Below are positions 12,401 through 23,780 of a stretch of DNA of 64,000 nt, in pieces. Positions within the stretch are counted from its first letter, which is position 1. Each line of letters begins with the position of its first letter. Position numbers and translations under genes: made by a program. The notes under the pieces are model-generated. The model ran no database searches. It was not told the DNA's origin and saw nothing but the letters and a program-made list of their open reading frames with translations. This DNA is from Veleropilina oligotropha (lineage: Eukaryota), in assembly GCA_048128005.1 (NCBI GenBank), contig JBEUKZ010000047.1, positions 310,001 through 374,000 on the forward strand, read 5' to 3'.

Positions 12401-13159
12401 AGTTAATTGATGTGAGTGTAATTGCTCTTCGCAAAGTGATTGGAATTTCTCCCAATCTGCTTTGCGAAGTTTCCACCTTTCTGTATGTTCTTGTGCTTGA
12501 TAGATTGTGCTTTCCATGAAAATTGGAAAGTGGTCGCTTCCGTGGAGGTCCTCACCAACTTTCCAATTAAAGTCCAGGAAAGCGGATGGGTCGCACATGG
12601 TAAGGTCAATGGTGGTAAGTGAACCTGTAGGTGGATGCATGTATGTTGGCGATTTGGTAGTGTTAAATAGACACAAATTGTGTCTCCCAATAAAGTCCTC
12701 TATTTGATGTCCCCGTTTATCTGTGTCAGTACCGCCCCAATCAGTACTGTGGGCGTTAAAATCGCCACACAGTAAAAATGGGGTCGATAGCTGATCGATG
12801 AGATCGTCAAGGTCAGTAGGTCGTAAGTTTGTACCAGGTGGTAAGTATACCGAGCAGATTGTTATTACTCGGTGAGTCGATATTTTCACTGCTACTGCCT
12901 GTAAGTTAGTGTTTAAGTTGACTTGACTGTGTGGTGTTTTGTTGTTGACTATGATTGAAACCCCCCCTGTAGCCTTGTCACCAGTGGTGACAATGTGGTT
13001 GTATAGTGAGTGCTCTTTGATGCGTATGTTGTCTGTGAGTTTCATGTAAGTTTCATTGAGACAAAATGCGGTTGGTTTGTGTTCTTGAATTAATAGACTT
13101 ATCTCATCAATATTCGGTTTAATGCCTCTACAATTCCATTGTATTATTGTGCCTGACAT
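9476..13159 (-). CDS. B1 ORF2: APE endonuclease, reverse transcriptase, RNase H, C-terminal Zn motif (1227 aa)
   Basis: QWNCRG, GDFNAH and SDHFP (APE); DLEKAYD, GVPQGS and FVDD (RT); YTDGS, AEL, SDSLS and WIPSHIGIQGNEKAD (RNase H); CIPC..HILLDC. Confidence 0.97.
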   Translation of the reverse strand: MSGTIIQWNCRGIKPNIDEISLLIQEHKPTAFCLNETYMKLTDNIRIKEHSLYNHIVTTGDKATGGVSIIVNNKTPHSQVNLNTNLQAVAVKISTHRVITICSVYLPPGTNLRPTDLDDLIDQLSTPFLLCGDFNAHSTDWGGTDTDKRGHQIEDFIGRHNLCLFNTTKSPTYMHPPTGSLTTIDLTMCDPSAFLDFNWKVGEDLHGSDHFPIFMESTIYQAQEHTERWKLRKADWEKFQSLCEEQLHSHQLTHGEDPISSFSTTLHDIATLSIPKTCPNAKHKNKPWFNEDCRQAIKARIHAISTFKQHPTLQNLNSFRLLRAQARRTIKHSKRESWHSYVTKLNSRSTIKKTWDMIRKISAKHTPNCIKHLKTNTSEATTAKDIANTLADTFSANSSSDNCTPKFSRFKHQKEKTRLNFRSNNTESYNQPFSQKELADSLNKAHDTSVGPDDIHYQLLKHLPGTSLTTLLAIFNTIWETGTFPPSWREATVIPIAKAGKDTSNPNSYRPIALTSCICKTMERMINERLVWYLESNNLLTEYQSGFRRNRSTTDHLVRLETFVREAFLNRQHLVAVFFDLEKAYDTTWKYGIMKDLFDFGLKGHLPNFISKFLEDRNFNVKVGDTLSDIHDQEMGVPQGSILSVTLFSIKINSIVKCISAGTDCSLFVDDFGICYRSTNMNSIERQLQHGLNKLQIWSDENGFKFSKDKTKCMHFCQRREIHDDPVLKLDDFEIPVVDQFKFLGLIFDRKLSFIPHLKYIKAKCKKALNIMKVVSNTEWGADKTVLLRLYRSLIRSKLDYGSIVYGSARHSYLKMLDPIHNQGLRLALGAFRTSPMESLYVEANEPSLTLRREKLSLQYAIKLKSNPSNPAFETVYTPNYENLFQAKPNKIAPFGIRIKPALENAGIHVGQIKTIHIPDTPPWTLKVPVIDLQLTSLKKSNTDTSDYLIKVHDLKLKYSDRASIYTDGSKDAELVGAAAVTGRQCFQNRLPGSATIYTAELKAIELALNFISTSTKRRFIIYSDSLSSLQALREMNRNVIVQEILLNYNNLLPDNDIVLCWIPSHIGIQGNEKADQAAKAASNFNNILNCKLPHSDFKQSINKYINSTWQHSWSECTRNKLQNVQPLLGDWGPSCRPSRREEVVLARLRIGHSHYTHSYLLKGEPPPECIPCATALTIKHILLDCVDLDLARQGYFRANSLQELFNLNKLEAVFEFLKQVNIFHKL

Positions 13160-13215
13160 GTTGGTTTAATGGTGTGTATTAAGTGATTTGCTTGTAATGT
13201 TAATTTTAAATTTGC

Positions 13216-14715
13216 CTATTTATTCGGTGGAAGTACGGGCTTAATGGACATTTTCGGCTTCGCTTTGGACTGCCGATCCAATGGTTGGTCGCTTTCCATT
13301 GAATCGTCGGCAGGAGGAGGTGGCCCAGGTGGATCGGGGCTCTCCTTCGTCTGCTGGTGTAATTTTTCTGCTGCCTCTCTCCCACCCTTCGTGGCAGCAG
13401 CAACAATTTCCAGCGCGAGGTCCTCTATAATGCTATCGGTATTATCAATTTGGTCATCTGATGGTTCGTTGGTATCCATCAGGTGACCAAAGCGATTATG
13501 CAGCTTAATAGGGTCCTCAGACCCTTTGGGCTGTCTGTCTGGTTTAATGTTTGTTCTATCTGATTTTGAATGTTTCTTAGAGGCTGCTGCTTTAGGAACA
13601 GCAGCAGTCTCTTTTGTAGAGTTGCGAGTAGGTTTGATAGCTTTGATTGATTTTGATGTTTGAGTTGATTCTGACGATGAAGATGCTAAATTGCTTCGAG
13701 ATGGCAAAGTGCTGAAAAAAGCTTCGCCAAATGGCCAGGTGATATCCGTTTGTGTCGAAGAGGATCTAGTGACTGGCTTTTGCTCCGGTGCTGCAGCAAT
13801 TGCAGCATAGGATTTACCCGAAATGGTCCTGGATTCAACCAGTTTCCTGGCATCAGGGAAAGAGATCCGGTCGATAGTTTTGACCCTTTGGATCTCTTTC
13901 TCATGCTTCCACTTCGGGCAGTCCTTAGAGTAAGCAAAATGCTTACCCTTGCAATTGCAGCATAGTGGTGGTTTGGAGCAAGAGTCAGACTCGTGACCCT
14001 CCTCGCTACATCGAGCACATGCGGGATTCCTTCTGCATCGGTCCTTGTAATGCCCAAATGACTGGCATTTGAAGCATCTCAAGGGGTTTGGGATGTAGGG
14101 CTCTACAGGGATGATAATATAACCAGCTTTAATTGTTCTAGGTAGAACAGGAAGGCGGAAGTCCAGGATGATGGTATTGATGGGGATCTTCTTTCCATCT
14201 TTGAACATGGTCAGGCGTGTGACCTTGGTCACACCCTGGCTGTTCATGCCTTCCAGCAGTTCCTGTTCACTGCATCCCTGCAGATCCCTAGATCTAATAA
14301 CTCCCTTGGAGGTGTTCAAGGACCGATGCGGTCGAATTTCAACGGGAATGTTGACAAATTTCGAAGTTCTAAGGAGATTCTCCGCATGGCTCTTCCTGGC
14401 GCATTCGACCAACAGGGTGCCATCTCGAAGTTTCTTCACTGATCGAGGTTCGCCAGCAAGACCAAGGATGGCCTTGGAGATGGCGAAGGGACTCAAAGAA
14501 GTAATTGGAGTAGTTGAGTCAAGTGCCTCGATTGTCAAGAATCGTGGCCAGCTTTCCGGTACAGGGGGTGGAGGGTCGGGCCTATATTCGGCCTCCCTCT
14601 CAGGATCGAATGGGATTGACCGGATAGCGGCCATATATTTCGCATCATCATCGTCAGAATCAATTTCATTTGATTTATTTTTTCGCCTCTTAATTGCGTG
14701 AGTGTGGTGTGCCAT
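13216..14715 (-). CDS. B1 ORF1 zinc-knuckle protein (499 aa)
   Basis: Three Cys/His knuckles; homologous to A1 ORF1. Confidence 0.92.
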   Translation of the reverse strand: MAHHTHAIKRRKNKSNEIDSDDDDAKYMAAIRSIPFDPEREAEYRPDPPPPVPESWPRFLTIEALDSTTPITSLSPFAISKAILGLAGEPRSVKKLRDGTLLVECARKSHAENLLRTSKFVNIPVEIRPHRSLNTSKGVIRSRDLQGCSEQELLEGMNSQGVTKVTRLTMFKDGKKIPINTIILDFRLPVLPRTIKAGYIIIPVEPYIPNPLRCFKCQSFGHYKDRCRRNPACARCSEEGHESDSCSKPPLCCNCKGKHFAYSKDCPKWKHEKEIQRVKTIDRISFPDARKLVESRTISGKSYAAIAAAPEQKPVTRSSSTQTDITWPFGEAFFSTLPSRSNLASSSSESTQTSKSIKAIKPTRNSTKETAAVPKAAASKKHSKSDRTNIKPDRQPKGSEDPIKLHNRFGHLMDTNEPSDDQIDNTDSIIEDLALEIVAAATKGGREAAEKLHQQTKESPDPPGPPPPADDSMESDQPLDRQSKAKPKMSIKPVLPPNK

Positions 14716-15887
14716 ATTGTGTGTCTTAGTGTTTCATCACCCGAGGTCCCCGCCCACCCCGGAGCCCAACAAGGGGGCATTTAACAGGTGCGGGGTTCCA
14801 GCACCCAATGCCAGGGATACCCGGGTGATATACTCAAATAAGTGAATGAATATTAGTGGTGGGAAGTGTATATCCCACCATTCATTCCTCACTTGATTGA
14901 CCCTTCAGCCACCGCCTTCTGGGATATAGATCAACGGATGGTAAGTGATCTATGATATGGTATTTTAAGATGTAAAATTTAAATGATGTTATGTTTAGAA
15001 TGTTAAGTTATCCCAGGGCATGGCGTGACAAGCCGATTGATCAGATAGGGCCTATCTGACCTCCCGTCTAGCGGAATCCGAGGCCAAAGTAGTGTGTTGC
15101 TTCAGCCGAAGCCGAAGCTCAACTACCAGGACCCTCTTTTCCAACATCACGGGTCGCCACCCACGGCCAACAGGTGGCTCCCATTTGGGGGGATCTTACC
15201 CCTCTGCAGGGAGAGCAGTCGGCATATTCTAACCCCTAACCGACTGGGGGACCATATTATTGGATAAAAATGTCACAAAAATATATATTTAACAACATTC
15301 TATTATTACCACTGGAAAGATATTTCAATTATCTTTAAAATAGACACAACTTGTAATGATTGCTCAACGAAAAACTGTCAACGATGTTTACAATTCAAAA
15401 AGTTTCTTGACGAAAACATTTTTCGGTGACAGTATTCGTGTCGAGTCATTGTATACGTCACGATGAGTTGGCAATAAAAATTCTCGAGAACGAGAACACG
15501 AGGTCAAGAAGTTATATATAGGGGATGGATACGTGGCAATGGGTACGTGGCAATAAACTGATCTAGAAGGGTATCTAAGAAATCCATGAGACTTGAACTG
15601 GCTATAGCCAAAAACCGGATTAGTGATATGCAGTTTCGGCCGAAATGTCCACAGGTAAGTGTTTTAATTTAACCCCCAGGGCCGTCCCTGGGTGTTTCTT
15701 TTAGATATACCCGGGCCGGCGAGGGTAGTGGGCCGTCCCTAAGGGCTCTATATAGTTTACGTTGTGTCGGAACGGGTGCTGGGAGCCTTATTTTTCCAGT
15801 CTAAAAAGTTTGCTCACCCCCCCCCCCCTGCTGCTGTTATGCCGGAAAAACTGCTCCATTTAGAGTACACTCACCCCCCCTGCTGCT

Positions 15888-16155
15888 GGTTCTCTTGAAT
15901 GATACGATTAATTCTTTCGTTTTGCGTTCGTTAAGTTTCATATCGTTGTCGTTTGCCCAACTAGCTACCAGAGATGCTGCCAGTTGCATGGTTCCATCGT
16001 TGCTATCCTTCGATGCGTGACATATAGATGTATCGTCGACATACTTGTATGCTATGGCTGGTTGAGGAATCTGTAGATCTCCTATGTGCACAATGAAAGT
16101 TTTTGAGCCTATCAAAGTGCCCTGGGGTGTTCCTCCGTTCAGAGTCAACATAGGG
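15888..16155 (-). pseudogene. CR1/L2-like RT fragment downstream of the hAT insertion
   Basis: TLNGGTPQGTLIG, YKYVDDT and MKLNERKTKEL motifs; same as 41953-42220. Confidence 0.8.
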
Positions 16156-18260
16156 CAGGGCACGAAAATTCCACTCGTCCGCTCGTATTGACGAGTAACT
16201 ATTCGGACAGGACGAGCAGAATTTATCAAAATGCGTATTTTACTCGTCCGACAGGACGAGTAGCTATTAGCAGCGGGTCTCTCAACACAGAACTGTCTGG
16301 ATCACACACAAATGTCGACAATATTTAATTAGTAATCATTTTAATCCTAAGAACATGTTGTGACACTAAAAACGGGCACGACATAAACCTAGAATCGTCA
16401 CCGGAAACATTTGATCCATGAGTTATTTATCGATATGATACTAATAATAGAACCGTTTTCTACACGTTGTCCTGTATAAATTTACCTTTGCCGATGTCGT
16501 TATCATTTCCGAATGCAGTGAAATAAATATTTCAGCATAAATTGCTTTATTATATTAATTTGTACGTTTTTTCTTTCTAAAATAACTCTACAGAGTGTAC
16601 GTGAACAATGTCGGAGTGCATGATTTACGCTAACGCTTTCAATCACTGTGTATCTATTTTGAGCGCCTGGAATTCCCAAATAACCGTGCTGTTATAAAAG
16701 TGAACCCCGTTTATAACATGTGCTTTTGCATTCGGTGTGATTCAGAGGTTTCCGTTTTATAGACGTAGGTAGCTTAGCGAAATAGTCCGGGGAATGCCGA
16801 TTGATTGAGCTTTCTGTCGTCTGCTATAGTAAAATGTCCGACATTCGCAAATTTTTACAAGGCGGCGGTGATAGCGAAAAACGATCGTTATTGAAAGAGA
16901 ATGAAAAAAGGAAACTTTGTCAAAAGAAATATGATCAAAACAAACGAAAAAGATTACTTCATGATTCATGGTTGGATGAATATCCGTGGGCAAAACAAGA
17001 AAATGGTGAACTTTTCTGTGCCATTTGCCGTAAATATCCTGGATTATCAGACAGAGAGTCCACACTTGTCAAGGGAATAAAAGATAAATACAGGAAAGAA
17101 ACACTGAAATTCCACGAAAAGAGCGCGAAGCATGTGAAATGTATCGAGTGCCAAGCTGTGAAAGAAAAGCCAGAATGCAGTCAAATGGCCACAAGCATGA
17201 AAAAAGTGGATGAAAAAAATAGCGTCGTGTACGAAAAGTTATTCAACACGGCCTATTACATTGCCAGGGGAATGAATCTTTCAGAAAATTTCCGGAATTG
17301 ATTTCATTGCAGCAGAAAAATGGCGTGGAGGTAGGCATAAATTATATAAATGAAAAGGCATGTCGTGAATTTTGCATTAATATAGCAACAGTACTGAAAA
17401 ATCAAACTTCAAAGTGTGTGCAGTCTGCACGTTTCATAAGCATACTTTCAGATGGATCGACAGACAAAGGAATAGTCGAGCAAGAAATAGTTTATGTCCG
17501 ATATGTTGGGAAAGACGGTGTGATGAAAACTGAACTTGCTGACATTGTCAATCTTGAACATGGCCACGCAGAGGGAGTAAAGCAAGGCATTTTAAAAGGT
17601 ATGGAAAACATTGGACTGTCGCCTACAGAGTTGAGTAAGAAGCTAGTAGGCATCAACACTGATGGTGCAGCTGTGAATCTTGGGAAAAAATGAGGGGCTG
17701 TTAAATTACTGATCGATAGATTAAATGAAGAGGTACCCGAGGGAAGTGCATGTGGTGATTACATGACTGTAGTGCATTGTGTGGCCCACAACCTTGAACT
17801 TGCAGTGTGTGATGCCAAGAAAGATGTTCGATATCTCACAGACTTTGAGAGAGTTTAGAAAGGAATTTTCCAGCTCTATTACTACTCTCCAAAGCGCAGA
17901 ACTTTCTGACATCGCAACATCCTTAGACCAGGACCTAAAGCACTATGGGGGTCTACAACAAATACGCTGGGTTGCCAGCCAGAACCGGGCACTCAAGGCT
18001 CTCTTAGATAATTATGATGTTACCATGGTTCATCTTCAGGATATTATATCAACTTGCAAGGATGAGAACGCAAACAAAGCCAGGAGTTACCTCACAGAAA
18101 TGAAAAGTGAAAGGTTTCTCACATTCTCCACTTCATGATAGACTGGACCAATTTGATTTCAGAAGTGTCAGTATTATTTCAACAGAAAAAGTTTCTGATT
18201 TCTGAGGTAGCTAGAAGAATCAGTGAATTGAAAGAAAAGTGTGCTACGATGAAATTAAGA
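16156..18260 (+). mobile_element. hAT DNA transposon, left part, truncated by element C
   Basis: Left TIR CAGGGCACGAAAATT at 16156. Near-identical to 42221-44326 and stops at the tail of C. Confidence 0.88.
16834..18260 (+). pseudogene. hAT transposase fragment, disrupted and truncated
   Basis: Same sequence as 42899 onward, with an extra 1-bp loss in a G run near 17267. Confidence 0.85.
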
Positions 18261-18584
18261 TTTGATTTGATTTGATGTTTAACGACCACGCCGACACTAA
18301 TGGTCATAATCGGGTCGGTCAAGTTAATTATACAATAGTTTAATATAAAAAGTTAAAAGTTGAGATATATATTTACTAATAAAATATCAATGCAATAAAA
18401 CATATGTGATAAATAATAAAAACAATTCAATATATTTACAAGTAAAATAAACACAATGCAAATTTGGATAAAAATAAGATCAAATGTTTGCTAAAAACGA
18501 GTATAATAATAAAATAGTATAATAATAAAATAAAATAAATTTATGTAGAATTTAGTCATAAAGGAAATAAAAGTATAGATAAAA

Positions 18585-21500
18585 TTATAACTTATGGAAA
18601 ATATTTACCTGTTTTAAAAATTCGAATACGGCTTCGAGCTTATTAAGATTAAATAACTCTTGGAGTGAATTTGCCCTAAAATACCTTTGGCGTGCGAGAT
18701 CCAAATCGACACAATCCAATAATATATGTTTAATTGTTAGGGCAGTTGCACAAGGAATACACTCGGGTGGAGGCTCCCCTTTAAGCAAGTAGGAGTGAGT
18801 GTAGTGAGAATGCCCAATTCTCAGTCTGGCCAAGACGACCTCCTCTCGCCGAGATGGCCTGCAAGAGGGTCCCCAGTCACCAAGAAGAGGTTGGACATTC
18901 TGCAGTTTATTCCTTGTGCATTCACTCCACGAGTGCTGCCAAGTAGAATTTATATATTTGTTTATGCTTTGTTTAAAATCTGAGTGTGGTAGTTTACAAT
19001 TTAGTATATTGTTAAAATGTGAGGCTGCCTTGGCAGCTTGGTCAGCCTTCTCATTGCCTTGGATACCGATATGGCTCGGTATCCAGCATAAAACAATGTC
19101 ATTGTCAGGTAAAAGGTTGTTATAGTTTAATAAAATTTCCTGAACAATAACATTTCTATTCATCTCCCTCAGTGCTTGTAAGCTAGAGAGGGAGTCTGAA
19201 TAGATAATAAAACGCCGTTTAGTACTTGTAGAGATAAAATTAAGAGCAAGATCGATTGCTTTTAGTTCTGCAGTATATATAGTCGCGCTGCCTGGCAGTC
19301 GGTTTTGAAAACATTGTCTGCCAGTGACAGCGGCTGCTCCTACTAATTCTGCATCTTTTGAACCATCTGTGTATATGCTTGCACGATCGGAATATTTTAA
19401 TTTCAGATCGTGCACTTTTGTGAGATAATCTGATGTGTCTGTGTTTGATTTTTTGAGTGATGTAAGTTGTAGATCAATTACCGGTACTTTTAGTGTCCAT
19501 GGTGGAGTATCCGGAATGTGAATTGTTTTAATTTGACCTACATGTATGCCTGCGTTTTCTAGTGCTGGTTTTATGCGGATGCCAAACGGTGCAATTTTGT
19601 TTGGTTTTGCCTGAAATAGATTTTCGTAATTTGCTGTATAGACATTTTCGAAAGCTGGGTTAAATGGATTTGATTTTAATTTTATTGCATATTGTAGTGA
19701 TAATTTTTCGCGTCTGAGTGTAAGAGATGGTTCGTTGGCTTCGACATAGAGGCTATCCATGGGTGATGTGCGAAAAGCCCCTAATGCAAGTCGAAGCCCT
19801 TGATTATGGATTGGATCAAGCATTTTAAGATATGAATGGCGAGCAGAGCCATATACTATGCTCCCATAATCAAGTTTTGATCTAATTAATGATCTATATA
19901 GTCGTAATAAAACTGTTTTATCAGCACCCCATTCAGTATTAGAAATTACTTTCATTATATTTAAAGCCTTTTTGCATTTGGCTTTGATGTATTTTATATG
20001 AGGTATGAAAGTCAGTTTGCGGTCAAATATAAGGCCTAAAAATTTAAATTGGTCCACCACTGGAATCTCAAAGTCATCCAGTTTTAGCACAGGGTCATCA
20101 TGAATTTCACGACGCTGGCAGAAATGCATGCATTTAGTTTTGTCCTTTGAGAATTTAAATCCATTCTCATCGGACCATGTCTGTAATTTATTTAGGCCAT
20201 GTTGTAGCTGGCGTTCTATACTGTTCATATTTGTTGAACGATAGCAAATGCCAAAATCGTCAACAAATAATGAACAGTCAGTGCCAGCACTAATACATTT
20301 GACAATACTGATTATTTTAATACTGAATAGGGTGACTGATAAAATGCTTCCTTGAGGGACACCCATCTCCTGGTCGTGGATATCGGAGAGGGTGTCACCC
20401 ACCTTGACTTGAAAATTTCTATCCTCAAGGAATTTCGAAATAAAATTGGGCAAGTGGCCCTTTAAACCAAAATCAAACAAATCCTTCATAATGCCGTACT
20501 TCCAAGTAGTGTCGTAGGCCTTCTCTAGATCGAAAAAAACAGCAACTAAATGTTGTCTGTTTAGGAAGGCCTCACGAACAAAAGTTTCCAGACGTACCAA
20601 GTGATCTGTGGTGCTCCGGTTGCGCCGGAACCCACTTTGATATTCTGTAAGTAAATTATTTGATTCAAGATACCAAACTAATCTCTCGTTTATCATCCGT
20701 TCCATGGTTTTGCAAATACAACTCGTCAGGGCTATGGGTCGATAACTGTTAGGATTTGATGTATCTTTTCCCGCCTTTGCAATTGGGATAATTGTAGCTT
20801 CCCTCCACGAGGGAGGGAAGGTTCCAGTTTCCCAGATAGTATTGAATATTGCAAGTAGAGTTGTAAGTGATGTTGCAGGTAAGTGCTTAAGTAATTGATA
20901 GTGAATGTCATCAGGGCCAACTGATGTGTCATGTGCCTTGTTTAGTGAATCTGCGAGTTCCTTTTGTGAAAATGGCTGATTGTATGACTCTGTGTTGTTG
21001 GATCTAAAATTGAGCCTTGTTTTTTCTTTTTGATGTTTAAAACGGCTGAATTTTGGAGTGCAGTTGTCGGATGATGAATTGGCAGAAAATGTGTCTGCCA
21101 AGGTGTTTGCGATGTCTTGAGCTGTGTTGGCTTCTAAGTTGTTTGTTTTAATGTGCTTGATGCGGTTGGGTGTATGATTGCCTGTGATTTTACGGATCAT
21201 ATCCCATGTTTGTTTAATAGTGGAACGAGAGTTTAGTTTGGTAACGTAGGAATGCCAGGATTCCCTTTTGCTTTGCTTGATGGTACGTCTGGCTTTTGCT
21301 CTTAATAGCCTAAATCTATTAAGATTGTGTAGTGTTGGGTGCTGTTTAAATGTTGAAATTGCATGTATGCGTGCTTTGATTGCTTGTCTGCAGTCTTCAT
21401 TAAACCAAGGTTTATTTTTGTGCTTGGCATTTGGACAGGTTTTTGGAATTGAGAGCGTTGCAATGTCATGTAGTGTTGTAGAGAAACTTGATATTGGGTC

Positions 21501-22268
21501 TTCGCCATGAGTTAATTGATGCGAGTGTAATTGCTCTTCGCACAGAGATTGGAATTTCTCCCAATCTGCTTTGCGAAGTTTCCACCTTTCTGTATGTTCT
21601 TGCGCTTGATTGATTGTGCTTTCAAGGAAAATTGGAAAGTGGTCGCTTCCGTGGAGGTCCTCACCAACTTTCCAAGTAAAGTCCAGGAAAGCAGATGGGT
21701 CGCACATGGTAAGGTCAATGGTGGTAAGTGAGCCTGTAGGTGGATGCATGTATGTTGGCGATTTGGTGGTGTTAAATAGACACAAATTGTGTCTCCCAAT
21801 AAAGTCCTCTATTTGATGTCCCCGTTTATCTGTATAAGTACCGCCCCAATCCGTACTGTGGGCGTTAAAATCGCCACACAATATAAATGGAGCCGGTAGC
21901 TGATTAATGAGATCGTCAAGGTCAGTAGGATGTATGTTTATGCTAGGTGGTAAGTATACAGAGCAAATAGTTATTACTCGGTGAGTCGATATTTTCACCG
22001 CTACTGCCTGTAGGTTGGTGTTTAAGTTGACCTGGCTGTGTGGTGTTTTGTTGTTGATGATGATTGAAACCCCCCCTGTAGCCTTGTCACCTGTGGTGAC
22101 AATGTGATTATAAAGCGAGTGATCTTTAATGCGTATGTTGTCTGTGGGTTTCATGTAAGTTTCATTGAGACAAACTGCTATTGGTTTGTGGTCTTGTATT
22201 AGTAAATTGATCTCATCGATATTCGGTTTAATGCCTCTACAATTCCATTGTATTAGTGAACCTGTCAT
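18585..22268 (-). CDS. C ORF2 APE-RT-RNase H (1227 aa, intact)
   Basis: Same motifs as B1 ORF2. Confidence 0.97.
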   Translation of the reverse strand: MTGSLIQWNCRGIKPNIDEINLLIQDHKPIAVCLNETYMKPTDNIRIKDHSLYNHIVTTGDKATGGVSIIINNKTPHSQVNLNTNLQAVAVKISTHRVITICSVYLPPSINIHPTDLDDLINQLPAPFILCGDFNAHSTDWGGTYTDKRGHQIEDFIGRHNLCLFNTTKSPTYMHPPTGSLTTIDLTMCDPSAFLDFTWKVGEDLHGSDHFPIFLESTINQAQEHTERWKLRKADWEKFQSLCEEQLHSHQLTHGEDPISSFSTTLHDIATLSIPKTCPNAKHKNKPWFNEDCRQAIKARIHAISTFKQHPTLHNLNRFRLLRAKARRTIKQSKRESWHSYVTKLNSRSTIKQTWDMIRKITGNHTPNRIKHIKTNNLEANTAQDIANTLADTFSANSSSDNCTPKFSRFKHQKEKTRLNFRSNNTESYNQPFSQKELADSLNKAHDTSVGPDDIHYQLLKHLPATSLTTLLAIFNTIWETGTFPPSWREATIIPIAKAGKDTSNPNSYRPIALTSCICKTMERMINERLVWYLESNNLLTEYQSGFRRNRSTTDHLVRLETFVREAFLNRQHLVAVFFDLEKAYDTTWKYGIMKDLFDFGLKGHLPNFISKFLEDRNFQVKVGDTLSDIHDQEMGVPQGSILSVTLFSIKIISIVKCISAGTDCSLFVDDFGICYRSTNMNSIERQLQHGLNKLQTWSDENGFKFSKDKTKCMHFCQRREIHDDPVLKLDDFEIPVVDQFKFLGLIFDRKLTFIPHIKYIKAKCKKALNIMKVISNTEWGADKTVLLRLYRSLIRSKLDYGSIVYGSARHSYLKMLDPIHNQGLRLALGAFRTSPMDSLYVEANEPSLTLRREKLSLQYAIKLKSNPFNPAFENVYTANYENLFQAKPNKIAPFGIRIKPALENAGIHVGQIKTIHIPDTPPWTLKVPVIDLQLTSLKKSNTDTSDYLTKVHDLKLKYSDRASIYTDGSKDAELVGAAAVTGRQCFQNRLPGSATIYTAELKAIDLALNFISTSTKRRFIIYSDSLSSLQALREMNRNVIVQEILLNYNNLLPDNDIVLCWIPSHIGIQGNEKADQAAKAASHFNNILNCKLPHSDFKQSINKYINSTWQHSWSECTRNKLQNVQPLLGDWGPSCRPSRREEVVLARLRIGHSHYTHSYLLKGEPPPECIPCATALTIKHILLDCVDLDLARQRYFRANSLQELFNLNKLEAVFEFLKQVNIFHKL

Positions 22269-22315
22269 GTTGTGTTTATGTAAATAAGTCGTGTATAGTG
22301 CTTTGCTTTTATTTA

Positions 22316-23780
22316 CTACTTGTTTGGTGGAAGTACGGGCTTTTTTGGAGTTTTTGGCTTTGCCGATGACTGATCCAATGATTTATCGTCATCCATTGGA
22401 TCGTCGACAGTTGGTGGTGGTAATGGTGGATCATCCACCACCTTAGTCTGTCGGTTTAACTTTGCTTTAGCTGCTGCCTTCCTACCCTTCTCGGTAGCGG
22501 CAGCAACTATGTCAGCGGCAAACTCCATTAACTCTGGCTCTAATTCTTCAAATCTATTATGTAATTTAATTGGGTCGTCCTGACCATTTTTAGGACGCCC
22601 CGACTGGGGCTTACTCCCTAAATTGGGAGACTTTTTCCTTGATCGAGATTGGTTTGATGATCGCGACGGGGTAGTAGATCGAGATCTAGTATAAGATTGA
22701 GAAGGCTTAGTAGATGATTTAGAATTTGAAGTGCTTTGAGTTGGAACATCAGGGTGGGTGCTGTTAGTTTGTGATGATGCTGGAGATGTTTTCGCTGTGG
22801 AGGGTGGATTTGGATTATTTAATCTTGTTGGTCGTTCATTGGAGATCCATGTCAGATCCGTCTGACAAGCAGCAGAAGCGGTGGTAATCGACTGCTTTTG
22901 GACCAATGAGCGAACAACAGATGAAAACGACTGGGCTGACTCAGATGATACAAGTTTTTTAGCCTCAGGATATGAAATATTTTTATCTGTTTTCAGGCGT
23001 GTGATTTTGGACTCCCAAATCCACTTTGGGCACTGTTTGGATGATGCAGGGTGTTCCCCATTACAGTTGACACATTTTGGTTGGGCCTCGCATTTGTAAA
23101 TACTGCCACTCGTGTGTTCATCACTTCCACAGCGGAAACACCTCTCCATATTTGTGCAGTTATTTGCACCATGACCATACTTTTGGCATCGAAAGCACCG
23201 AAGTGGATTGGGATAGTACACATCCACTTCGATGCGATTGTAGCCAGCAGTGATATGGGTAGGTCGAATAGCGGTTTCAAAGGTCATGAGATAAGTGTTA
23301 GTAGGAATTTTGGAGCCATCTTTTGTAATGGAAAAGCGTCTGACATTAATAACACCCTGTTGTTGCAACTCATATTCGATCTCGCGTTCTGTCAGGTATT
23401 GAAGGCATCGGTCACGATCCCTAACGATACCTTTTGAAGTATTCAGGTAAGTATGAGGTTTTACGCATACAGCTGCATTAGCAAAGGTCTCGATCTTTAA
23501 AAGATTGAGAGACTGTTGCCTTCTATTACATTCAATAAGAAGGTTTCCGTCTCTCAATCTTTTCACACTTTTGACAGTTCCTGCAATACTTTCAATAGTC
23601 TTAGCTATGACAAAAGGATTTTTCGTTAGGGGATGTTTCGTGGCGTTTCCTTCAATTCCTGACAGAAGCAAAAAGCGTGGCCAGTTAGTCGAATTATATG
23701 AATTTTGAATGCCATCCTCGTCGGACGAGGGTGGCGAATCTTCTCTGTCTTTTAGTGGTGGTGGGTTTGTTTTTAGCCAT
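22316..23780 (-). CDS. C ORF1, divergent zinc-knuckle protein; its natural-looking AUG is out of frame with the body
   Basis: WPRFL, PHTYLNTSKGIV, CFRCQKYGHGANNC and CVNCNGEHPASSKQC. The AUG at 23780 (MAKNKPTTTKRQR) is in a different frame, and the 23815 start in the ORF track is a GTG. Confidence 0.75.

Larger units (their letters stand above)
9158..15250 (-). mobile_element. Full-length I-group retrotransposon, copy B1 (both ORFs intact, no TSD visible)
   Basis: (TTTGA)n tail abuts the satellite. The 5' end CCGACTGGGGG at 15250 is followed by ACCATATT, which is unrelated to the left flank. Confidence 0.95.
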
